Assembly (NCBI GenBank): GCA_964016885.1
Contig: OZ024742.1
Span: 11,222,001-11,286,000 of the forward strand
Source of the DNA: Eledone cirrhosa
Taxonomy: Eukaryota
Reading direction: 5' to 3'
Length of the DNA: 64,000 bases
In this document: piece after piece, positions 54,601 to 64,000 of the stretch
How the letters are laid out: each line of letters opens with the position of its first letter
How positions within the stretch are numbered: position 1 is the first letter of the stretch
Notes under the pieces: model-generated
Seen by the model: only the letters and a program-made list of their open reading frames with translations
Databases searched by the model: none
What the model was told of the DNA's origin: nothing
Position numbers and translations under genes: made by a program

Positions 54601-56710
54601 ACATGCTGTATATATACTGTACATGCTGTATATATATACAGTACATGATGTATATATACTGTACATGCGGTATATATACTGTACATGCTGTATATATAAT
54701 GTACATGGTGTATATATACTGTACATGGTGTATATATACTGTAAATGGTGTATATATACTGTACATGCTGTATATATAATGTACATGCTGTATATATAAT
54801 GTACATAGTGTATATATACTGTACATGGTGTATATATTCTGTACATGCTGTATATATACTGTACATACTGTATATATGCTGAGCATGCTGTATATATACT
54901 GTACATGCTGCATACATATAATGTACATGGTGTATATATAATGTACATGCTGTATATATAATTTACATGGTGTATATATGATTTACATGGTGTATATATA
55001 ATTTACATGGTGTATATATACTGTATATGCTGTATATATACTGTACATGCCGTATATGTAATGTACGTTGTGTATATATACTTTAATGCTGTATATATAC
55101 TGTACATGCTGTATATATACAGTACATGCTGTATGTATATTCTACATGATGTATATATACTGTACATAGTGTATATATACTCTACATGATGAATATATAT
55201 AATGTAGATGCTGTATATATACTGTACATGATGTATATATACTGTACATTGTGTATATATACTGTACATGCTGTATATATATAATGTACATGCTGTATAT
55301 ATACTGTACATGCATTATATATACTGTACATGATGTATATATAATGTACATGCTGTATATATACTGTACATGCTGTATATATACTGTACATGCTGTATAT
55401 ATAATGTACTTGCTGTATATATAATGTACATGCTGTATATATACTGTACATCCTGTATATATAATGTATATGCTCTATATATACTGTACATGATGTATAT
55501 ATATATACACTGTACATGCTGTATATATACAATACATGCCGTATATATATAATGTACATGCTGTATATATACTCTACATAGTGTATATATACTGTAGATG
55601 GTGTATATATAATGTACATGCTGTACATATAATGTACATGCTGTATATATACTGTACATAGTGTATATAACTGTACATGCTGTATATATAATGTACATGC
55701 TGTATATATAATGTACATGCTGTATCTATATAATGCACATGATGTATATATACTGTACATGCTATATATATAATGTACATGCTGTATTTATAATATACAT
55801 TGTGTATATATACTGTACATGCTGTATATATAATGTACATGCTCTATATATACTTTACATGATGTATATATAATGTACATGCTGTATATATATACTTTAC
55901 ATGATGTATATATAATGTACATGCTGTATATATACTGTACATGCTGTATATATATACTGTACATGCTGTATATATATACTGTATATGCTGTATATATACT
56001 GAACATGCTGTATACATATAATGTACATGTTTTGTATATAATGTACATAGTGTATATATACTGTACATGCTGTATATATAATGTACATGCTGTATATATA
56101 TACTGTACATGCTGTATATAGACTGTACATGCTGTATATATATACTGTACATCCTGTATATATACTGTACATGCAGTATATATATATACTGTACATGCTG
56201 TATATATACTCTACATGCTGTATATATACTGTACATAGTGTATATATACTGTATATGCTGTATATATACTGTATATGCTGTATATATAATGTACATGCTG
56301 TATATATACTGTACATGATGTATCTATATACTGTACATGCTGTATAGATACTGTACATACTGTATATATTATGTACATGCTGTATACATATAATGTACAT
56401 GGTGTAATTATATAATGTACATGCTGTATATATACTGTAAATGCTGTATATATACTGTACATGCTGTATATATATACTGTACATGCTGTATATATATACT
56501 GTACATGCTGTATATATACTGTACATGCTGTATATATACAGTACATGCTGTATATATACTGTAAATGCTGTATACATATAATGTACATGCTGTATATATA
56601 CAGTACATGCTGTATATATAATGTACATGCTGTATATATACTGTACATGATGTATATATACTGTACATGATGTATATATACTGTACGTAGTGTATGTGTA
56701 ATATATATAG
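48640..56710. repeat. 20-bp tandem satellite (Sat-B), consensus ACTGTACATGCTGTATATAT, ~400 copies (estimate)
   Basis: Continuous tgtacatgctgtatatata(c/a) repeats. Variants include aatgtac, catggtg, catgatg, catactg and 22-bp units with an extra TA. Each unit contains the palindromes TGTACA and often GTATATATAC. Confidence 0.98.
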
Positions 56711-56820
56711 TGTAGAAATAAGTTGCGATGCACTGGTGCTTCGCTGTATCGGACATTGCCGTATGACGACATCATTGATGTGCTGGTCTTCCACTAACTT
56801 ACCCGGATCTGTGACCGAAC
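56711..56820 (+). mobile_element. Fragment of the same SINE family as 48453-48633
   Basis: 56711-56760 aligns with 48574-48624 (42 of 51 positions by eye), then continues with further SINE-like body sequence (ctggtcttcc...cccgga). Confidence 0.6.
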
Positions 56821-56851
56821 GGCAAAGGGGTCTTTATACTTGACCATTTAA

Positions 56852-56854
<3 letters not shown>

Positions 56855-56908
<54 letters not shown>
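56855..56908. repeat. (TA)n microsatellite
   Basis: Pure TA run of ~54 bp. Confidence 0.95.
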
Positions 56909-56909
<1 letters not shown>

Positions 56910-57456
56910 GAGGATGTCCGTCTCTGTGTGTGTGAGTTTGAATCCCTAAAACTAGAGAAGCACCCAACCGACTGTTTTCAAACTTTACACCTGTAATACT
57001 TATGTTTCAGGGACTGTTCTGAGCACAAACAAATTTCAAATTTTCAATGCCCTAGGGACCGCATTAGGCGTCTTAGCGATCTCTCTCTATAATTCTTAGT
57101 CTTTCTCTTTTTAGATAGATACATACATATAACGTCGCGCCCTTATAATATCTGTCTATATGTCTGGCTGTCTGCATTACGTCACTTCCTACAATTCGCT
57201 CTGCGTCCACGACGCGCCCTTATAATATCTCTCTGTCTGCTGCCACCCTTGCTCAAGACAAATCTCACTCATTCCCCCAAAAGTTGGTAAGTGCACACAA
57301 CTTCTTCCTCACGTTTTAAGCCACAGTGTTGCTTACTTACGTACCAACAGACCCTTACTTCTGTGTCAGCCGTGGTTGTGGTAATACTAAGCTTACCTAA
57401 GGCGATTCTATATTTTACAATACCTTATCCCGTGCAACGCCGGGTACCACTGCTAG
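56909..57456 (+). mobile_element. Non-autonomous Helitron-like element (5' boundary uncertain, probably within the TA run)
   Basis: Canonical Helitron 3' end: GC hairpin CCCG-tgcaacgc-CGGG (57429-57444), 8 nt, CTAG (57453-57456), then T. The 5' region has TA repeats then a gtct/gtgt microsatellite, as in many short animal Helitrons. There is an internal direct repeat cgcgcccttataatatct (~57136 and ~57213). The 5' TC dinucleotide was not clearly seen. Confidence 0.7.
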
Positions 57457-57486
57457 TATATATAAAAAAAATACGCACACAGAAGT

Positions 57487-57508
57487 ATATATATATGCAT
57501 ATATACAA

Positions 57509-57553
<45 letters not shown>

Positions 57554-57626
57554 CATATATATATATATATTTACATATATATACATATATATATATATAC
57601 ATATATATACATATATATGTATATAC

Positions 57627-57671
<45 letters not shown>
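57487..57671. repeat. Compound (TA)n/(CA)n/(TACA)n microsatellite
   Basis: Read directly from the sequence. Confidence 0.9.
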
Positions 57672-57674
<3 letters not shown>

Positions 57675-58077
57675 GCATGTATCTTTTTATGAGAGTAATT
57701 AGATAAAGACGAACACACAGACAATGATCAATAAAAGACAAACTAAATTATCAGCAGTGATTGATTAATTAGTCAAGAAAAAGAAGAAGAAGAAGAGCTG
57801 TGGATGTAGAAACGTTTAATTAAGAAACGTTGTTCACTCTTTAATGAATGATTGTCTCTAGTTTAGAAATTATCTCTAAAATTGTTACAACAACCACGTT
57901 CTGGTCTTGACATTCGACAACATACACTCTCTCTCTCTCTCGCTCTCTCCATACACACACACAGATGCATACGTACGCATACATACACACAAATATATAT
58001 ATGTATGTATGTATATATAGAAAAAGAGTCAGCTCCGGCCGTTTCGACAGCTAGGCCCGAACATATATATATGTGTG

Positions 58078-58113
<36 letters not shown>

Positions 58114-58146
58114 ATACTCTAGAGTATAGGTATATATATTTCATTA

Positions 58147-58231
58147 TAGAAATGACTTCTACAGGTCTAGAACTGTTTCATACCTGGTGATTTCTTATGA
58201 AACAGTTACAGCCGTTTAGACGTCATTTCTA
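58147..58231. repeat. Short imperfect foldback (MITE-like)
   Basis: Outer arms tagaaatgacttcta / tagacgtcatttcta pair at 14 of 15 positions. Inner arms aactgtttcata (58171-58182) / tatgaaacagtt (58196-58207) form a perfect 12 bp. Flanked by TA. Confidence 0.65.
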
Positions 58232-58232
58232 T

Positions 58233-58269
<37 letters not shown>

Positions 58270-58422
58270 ATATAAATATTGTTATACTTTGGGAGGGTCA
58301 TGTTGCTAATAAGAAACACACGCACCAGTTGCTTTCACTTCAATTTATTATAATAAATTTATAAATTTAGGAATTTAAAAATTGGTTGGTTGGTTCCACA
58401 ACCAGATGATAGTTCATATATT

Positions 58423-58465
58423 GTCAAAGTTCTTTCGTCACACATTCTGTGACCTCTTCAGTGAC
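58423..58465 (-). ncRNA. Minimal type I hammerhead ribozyme motif (inverted copy)
   Basis: Exact reverse complement of 58566-58608. Confidence 0.7.
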
Positions 58466-58565
58466 TGGGGATTCTTTTCTTTGTTTTTGTGCCTCTCCTT
58501 TGTTCTGTCCTACGCCATCTTGTGAAACAAGATGGCGTAGGACAGAACAAAGAAAAGAATCCCCA

Positions 58566-58608
58566 GTCACTGAAGAGGTCACAGAATGTGTGACGAAAGA
58601 ACTTTGAC
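58566..58608 (+). ncRNA. Minimal type I hammerhead ribozyme motif
   Basis: GTCA (stem I) CTGAAGA G GTCACA-gaatg-TGTGAC (stem II) GAAA G-aa-C T T (short stem III, CUU triplet) TGAC (stem I'). The conserved core boxes CUGANGA and GAAA are present and stems I and II pair perfectly. Confidence 0.7.
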
Positions 58609-58981
58609 AATATATGAACTATCATCTGGTTGTGGAACTAACCAACCAACCGGAAATTTATAAATTCCTAAATTTATAAATTTATTATAATAAATTGAAG
58701 TGAACAACTGGTACGTGTGTTTCTTATTGGCAACATGACCCTCCCAAAGTATAACAATATCGGTTTCAACACACGTTTTCAGATAAAGAATCTTGCTAAA
58801 CAATTTCAGAAACGAAATATATATATATATATATATATTAATAATAATAAATTTGAAGACTAAAATCCAAAGAGTGCTCGATAAGGATAAATATATATCA
58901 GATATATAAGAACCGTAGAGCAATCCCGTTAAGGGTGAAAGCAACGATTCTTTGCTTAGACTTTAATCTGTTATTTTAATA

Positions 58982-58982
<1 letters not shown>

Positions 58983-59044
<62 letters not shown>

Positions 59045-59074
59045 ATGGACGTTAAACGAAGATGATGATGATGA
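58983..59074. repeat. (TA)n microsatellite followed by a short retroposon-like tail ggacgttaaacgaa(gat)n
   Basis: TA run read directly. The tail resembles SINE/LINE 3' ends (recalled similarity). Confidence 0.6.
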
Positions 59075-59284
59075 GTATATATATGGCAATATACCGTATG
59101 TTTAATTAAAAACATTTAGAAGACCATCCGCTATCAGGTTAAAGTAGTGACTATGTCACTTCTTTTCGGTGAAAGAAGGGAGAGAAGCTGACAGTCTGTT
59201 TCACTCTGGTTGGCGTTCAACGGTATATTGCCAAATATACTATACATACATGTATACATCGCTATTTCAGAGCACCAATCCTTA

Positions 59285-59357
59285 TGTGCGTGCGTGCGTG
59301 CGTGCGTGCATGCGTGCGTGCGCGCGTGCGTGTGCGTGTGCGTGTGCGTGTGTGTGT
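59285..59357. repeat. (GCGT)n/(GCGTGT)n alternating purine-pyrimidine microsatellite
   Basis: tgtgcgtgcgtgcgtg...gcgcgcgtgcgtgtgcgtgtgcgtgtg read directly. Confidence 0.9.
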
Positions 59358-59526
59358 AAGAATGAAAACAAATGGCGAAGTTTAATTTTTAATCAGTCCT
59401 TTTGTATTACAATTGTTTCAGAAGATTGATTGATCATGATAAGTCGATATAGTGACTAATCGGTAGTTGTGTAATTCCATATTACTAGTTGCGATACTAT
59501 AAATCTCACCGTCTTCATTATATAAT

Positions 59527-59566
59527 CAAGACTCCCCATAATGTTGTTTCATTATGGGGAGTCTTG
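59527..59566. repeat. Perfect 17-bp hairpin with 6-nt loop
   Basis: caagactccccataatg-ttgttt-cattatggggagtcttg. Confidence 0.85.
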
Positions 59567-59679
59567 TTACTGGGGAGTTTCACCTGTGTAGTTACCAACA
59601 TTGTATGTTGTCAATAGGGGTGTACGGTGTATATTGTAGATATATTAGTTGGTTGAATGTACTAGGTTGCAAAGGGTTT

Positions 59680-59786
59680 GGGAGAGAGAGAAAGAGTGTG
59701 TGAGCGAGAGAGGAAGGATAAGGGGATAATGAGAGAGAGAGAGAGATTGGGAGAGAGAGACATTGAGAGAGAGGAGGATAAGGGGA

Positions 59787-59821
<35 letters not shown>

Positions 59822-59884
59822 TGAGAGAGAGAGAGAGGAGGATAAGGGGATAATGAGAGAGAAAGAGAGAGAGAGAGAGAGAGT
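59680..59884. repeat. (GA)n compound minisatellite
   Basis: Three copies of ggataaggggataatgagagaga and two of gacattgagagaga embedded in GA runs. Confidence 0.9.
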
Positions 59885-60457
59885 ATAGTATTTCAAGCTG
59901 TTAATTACCTCAATATCTATGGCAAATATTTTGCATGTTTCATTTCAATAACTAGCCAGAGATAACGTCTAAAATATCCCTTAATTTAACAAGTCCTCAG
60001 ATACTTTACATATCATATTCCTCTTTACCTTGAGTTACTAACAAATTTACGGAACAGACTTTTCGACATGTTATCTCGTATCTTATCACATTTCTGCTCA
60101 ATTTTCCGGTGATATCGTTCAGAACATATTAACAGGTTAAATTTATAGGAATAAATAGTAGCAATTACCAATTGTAAGTAATATACGTTAGTTCCACAGT
60201 CTTGCTTTCTACAATTTCCTCAACAGAATTGTATCGTTATATAAAATGGCCTGGCCTGAAAAAAAAAATAACGCAACCCAACTTCTAAAATTGTGGGTAA
60301 CGATTTATGATATATACCTGACAGCTAAATAAACCGAGTGTCATATATCTGGTGCGATGTTTCGCAGACAAAGGTGATTAACTGAAAATGCTCTGGTCAT
60401 ATTTGCCAAATAGAGGCTATAGTGTTTAGTCTGTCAGGAGACTTACTATTACAAAGA

Positions 60458-60651
60458 TACCTCCCTACTCACCACCATGGGCGCTGAGCTGGCTACCCCT
60501 AACAGTGGAGACTTCTGGTGTCCCCCACCCTAGGGCTACCGCCCTACTGACCACCATAGGCACTAAGCTGGCTACCCCTAACAGTGGCGACTTCTGGTGT
60601 CCTCCGCCCTAGGGCTACCTCCCTACTCACCAACATAGGCGCTGAGCTGGC
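60458..60651. repeat. 79-bp GC-rich minisatellite, ~2.5 copies
   Basis: tacc(t/g)ccctact starts at 60458, 60537 and 60616. Units share gctggctacccctaacagtgg-gacttctggtgtcc-c-ccctagggc. Confidence 0.9.
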
Positions 60652-60799
60652 CAGCCGCAGGTGTGAGCCTCGCGAGCTGGAATGGCTTTTTCCAGCGCGT
60701 CTCCCTTGCCGTCCTCAGGAGAAGCGCCTTATCCATTCTGTCCGCGGGGAGTGGGGAGGCCACCAATATGATTGACTGATTGTAATTTTATCAGTCAGG

Positions 60800-60975
60800 T
60801 GTTTTTAGACATAAATTAGTAACACAACAAAATGTATTGGTATTTAGTTATGTTCTGAATTCAAAGCCCACTGAAAAGGGGAAGTCGGTACAATAAGTAC
60901 TGAGGGGGTGGGAGGATTTATGCTTCTCCCCCAAAATTCGTTGTCTCGTGATGTCAAGGTTAGAAAACATTATCA
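60800..60975 (+). mobile_element. Highly decayed SINE related to 48183-48368
   Basis: Collinear remnants ggtattt...gttctgaattcaaa (B-box-like), gtcggtacaataagtac, cccccaaaatt, ttagaaaacattat. Confidence 0.4.
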
Positions 60976-62173
60976 AACAAGATACTTAGGATCTGTATTT
61001 TTCAATGACAGCTTTCTGTTTAATCTTACCCACTGTCTCCTATCTTAATGTAGGCAATGCTCTCGTTTCTGTCCGATACTATTCATGTAGATTGTAGCTC
61101 TGATAGTTTGCCTGGCCACGGAAAAACGCAGGTAGAGCTGACTGGTTAAAACGTTCGTTTTGCTATCATAAGTTCCTGACTTCGATCTTGGTTAATAATC
61201 TTTACAATGGCAAAAGGTCAATTCGAACTTTGTACTCTCGAGTCTCTAATAATCGCCCCCACCACGCCCCTTATTAATTTTTCTGGAATTCTTTTCTAGA
61301 AATCCCATATGTTATAAAATAAAATGAATTGAGGTCTCAATGTGTAAACTAAACGACTATTTCTGAATTTTAAAAAATATCAACGGAGACAACCTGGAAA
61401 AATTACGGATTTTCCAGTCCCCACTCCCGCTTATCCCGCCTCCTATTGTTTGGGAAGCAAAAGTTTGGGTAGACAGAACTTCCATCTGGGGGCTTCTATC
61501 ACAAATACAAATGTCAAGACTAGATCCGGACCAAGAATTACATTAATCCTACATGTGTCTTAGGAATACTCAGCCATTTATATATTAATTAATTAATTGG
61601 GTGTTCATTTGATCTAAAATCTGAAACACATCGTCGAAATAGACTGAGGTCCTTTATTATTTTAAACAGTGTATTATATAAGAGGAAGTAATTTCTTTAA
61701 ATTGTAGCAGTCCGTTAAAAAGCGTTTATCATCCTAACTTAGGATAGATTTCTGTTATGTAAAGTAGAAATATGACAGAGAGATTAAGACTGTCGATGTA
61801 GAAATATATACCAAAGACTATGTTGGGAAACACTTCACATAATAGGTCTTAGCTAAAACATAACTTTCAGCTTACATCTCCTATGATTTACAGTCTTAAT
61901 ATCCGATAATAATAATACTAATTCTAACAACTGATAATAGTAATAATAATAAATAGATATAAATTGCTTCATTAATTCTTCAGCAACTAAATGTTAATCT
62001 ATTAATTAATAAACAAGACGTTTCTCCAGATATCAATCAGAAAAAAATGAAGGAATAAATCCTCGCTTGCTGATGAAATTTATGTTTAAACCATATTTCA
62101 GTGATGGTATTTGATGTACATTATAATATATATAAATATAGACTCCAGTTGCATTTTCAATTTCATCTTTTTT

Positions 62174-62177
<4 letters not shown>

Positions 62178-62219
<42 letters not shown>
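62178..62219. repeat. (TA)n microsatellite
   Basis: Read directly. Confidence 0.95.
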
Positions 62220-62222
<3 letters not shown>

Positions 62223-62350
62223 CCGACAGCATTTATCTTTGTTACGATCATGTGAAAAATGTCAAATATCTATTAAGTAATAATAAATGACTTTTTAGCA
62301 AGTTAATGCGAAGTTTATAGGATTTCTGTAAAACTATGATATATATATAT

Positions 62351-62650
62351 ATGATGATGATGGATGCCCCCTCGTTATCGAGTATGGCCATTGCAGAATA
62401 TAACATTATTAATAATTATTTATTAATTCTATCGTGCAATGCCCGTGCGTGAAGATATTTTTTAAAGTGAGAAAAGACTGAGCCAATCCCACTCTCTAAG
62501 CGACAGTAGCTATAACCCAAAAAGAAGAAAAGATCAACATCATCGGTAACTACTGAGCCGCAGGTTTTATGTCGGAGTAATCCTAGTTTCCAGAGTTGCC
62601 TTCTCCTCGAAGAATGCCCTGACAAGAGATAGGGGTCCTTCACTCCCAGT
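62351..62650 (-). mobile_element. Non-autonomous RTE-related/SINE-like element, copy 2 (uninterrupted)
   Basis: Reverse-complement match to both halves of 48008-48432 without the SINE insert. Ends in (CAT)n on the minus strand next to a TA run. Confidence 0.7.
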
Positions 62651-62730
62651 ATATATTATAGGTAAAAACAAAAACAAAGCGAAGAGTGCAGTACAAAGTG
62701 TTACTATTTGGTTCACGCTTGAGAGTGGGG

Positions 62731-62796
<66 letters not shown>
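62731..62796. repeat. (TA)n(TG)n compound microsatellite
   Basis: Read directly. It abuts the start of the RT pseudogene. Confidence 0.95.
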
Positions 62797-62797
<1 letters not shown>

Positions 62798-64000
62798 CTT
62801 AGTTAATTTAATCAACCAAATCAAATTCTGTAAGTACTCTAACCCTTTTCAATCTAAACTCTCTAACGAAACGATATTTCAAAATTCAAATCTTCTAAAA
62901 ATAAGTTCATTTTCTCTGATAAAACTAAAAACTTATACGAAGTTAATAATAACTTACATGACCAACTCTTAACAGATAACATCACCTCTAAATACCAAAT
63001 AGCTAATATAAACACCTATAATACTATTAATAAGGTAGCTAAAGAATTAGCTAGTTTTTTTTTAAATAGACAATAGAACAGAAAAACTTGCTAAACGTAA
63101 TGCCTATATCACCCTCAAAGATCACAAACCTGATTTTATTAATCGTCCTCGTTGTAGATTAATCAACCCTGCTAAGATTGAAATCGGCCTTGCTAGCAAA
63201 AAATATATTAAATAATATAAACAAACATATTAGAAGTAAGTCTGAATTACTCCAATGGATAAATAGCTCTTCCGTAGTACATTGGTTTAATAATATTAAA
63301 GATAAAAATAGTTCTAGATTCACCCAATTTGACATTGTAGACTTCTACCCGTCTATTACTCACCCTCTTTTAACGAAAGCATTAAATTTCGCTAGAAAGT
63401 TTATCAATATTTCTGATATTGAAGAGAATGTCATTTTGCATGCTAGAAACACTTTACTGTTTACTAATAATGACACTTGGGTAAAACAATCTAATCCAGA
63501 GAACCCATTCGATGTTTCAATGGGTTCTTTTTACAGTGCTGACGTGTGTAATTTAGAGAAATTCCCTAACCATACATTTGGGATTTATCGCGTCGATGAT
63601 CTAATACTTTCCCATACCACTATAGGCCATAACTTAGATAGATTCAGGAAAGACTTAATAAAAACCTTCGCTAGTTTTAATCTTAAAATTACTATTGACA
63701 CTAAACTTTCTAATGTTAATTTTCTATATATAAACCTAGATCTGCCTACTGCTTCTTATAAACCGTAAAATAAACCTAATGAAAATTTAAAATATATAAA
63801 TAAAGGCTCTTGCCATCCTCCTATAGTTTTTAAAAACCTTATCCCTAATATTAGCCGTAGGATCTCCACCCTCTCTTCCTCAGAAGCTATTTTCAATGAG
63901 GCCTCCACCTACTATAATAGAGCCGTTCAAAATAGCGGATTTAGCGAACCGATTAAGTACATACCCAACAATACTAACTCCTTTAAACATAATAATAGGA
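62797..64000 (+). pseudogene. Decayed Penelope-like retroelement reverse transcriptase (Naiad-like), truncated by window end
   Basis: Across frameshifts the translation reads [97 protein letters not shown] (expected YRDDG), VNFLYINLDL, YKP*NKPN..YINKGSCHPP..FKNLIPNISRRISTLSSSEAIF. These are PLE RT and thumb motifs. Lesions: several frameshifts, a TAA at 63766-63768 and an altered catalytic motif. The clade assignment is from memory of motifs. Confidence 0.88.

Larger units (their letters stand above)
58276..58760. mobile_element. Long inverted repeat (arms 248 and 234 bp, 3-nt loop), probably an inverted pair of Penelope-like element terminal (pLTR) segments
   Basis: 58276-58523 is the reverse complement of 58527-58760 apart from a few substitutions and indels, with apex catcttgt-GAA-acaagatg. 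Each arm carries a minimal hammerhead motif, a known hallmark of PLE pLTRs. Confidence 0.75.

Noticed and set aside
48565-56794. Long ORFs up to 508 aa (YIYSMYSIYTACTV repeats)
   Set aside because: The 20-bp unit cycles through frames with few stops, and ORFs are open on both strands, so this is a satellite artefact.
58908-58960. Possible second degenerate hammerhead (ccgtagag...ccc-gttaa-ggg-tgaaagc)
   Set aside because: The CUGANGA box is not intact and stems I and III are not convincing.
60497-60615. Telomeric CCCTAA-like words
   Set aside because: Single occurrences within a 79-bp unit, with no tandem telomere array.
61125-61320. Possible decayed tRNA-SINE head and DNA-transposon terminus
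   Set aside because: Too diverged to support, and no partner terminal repeat was found by eye.
57291-62972. Short ORFs in the unique-looking region (57291, 57882, 58579, 59169, 59645, 60584, 62416)
   Set aside because: They run through microsatellites or repeats and show no recognisable protein motifs. Small spliced exons cannot be excluded without transcript data.
63178-63768. Intact 196-aa CDS
   Set aside because: It is an internal fragment of a frameshifted RT with a TTG pseudo-start, a mutated catalytic motif and a premature stop, so it is annotated as a pseudogene.

Overview
Eukaryotic, AT-rich, gene-free, repeat-dominated DNA. The SINE families resemble those I recall from octopus/cephalopod genomes (inference, not a database result). 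Layout: 1-1020 degenerate CA/CATA/CACT microsatellite; 1021-47810 a ~47-kb compound satellite with unit (CA)n-(TA)n-GTCACAGACA[T/A]GTGA, about 31-39 bp, organised into nested multi-kb higher-order duplications; 47811-48640 nested SINE/RTE-like fragments; 48640-56710 a second satellite with a 20-bp unit (ACTGTACATGCTGTATATAT); 56711-64000 a patchwork of microsatellites, a non-autonomous Helitron-like element, a ~485-bp foldback carrying two inverted minimal hammerhead-ribozyme motifs, small hairpins, a 79-bp GC-rich minisatellite, a second copy of the RTE-like element and a decayed Penelope-like reverse transcriptase running off the end. Almost all ORFs in the track are translations of repeats; the only real protein signal is the broken RT. 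The most notable items are the hammerhead-bearing palindrome and the resemblance of its stem II (GTCACA-GAATG-TGTGAC) to the satellite core (GTCACA-GACA-TGTGAC). No novel protein-coding system is supported.
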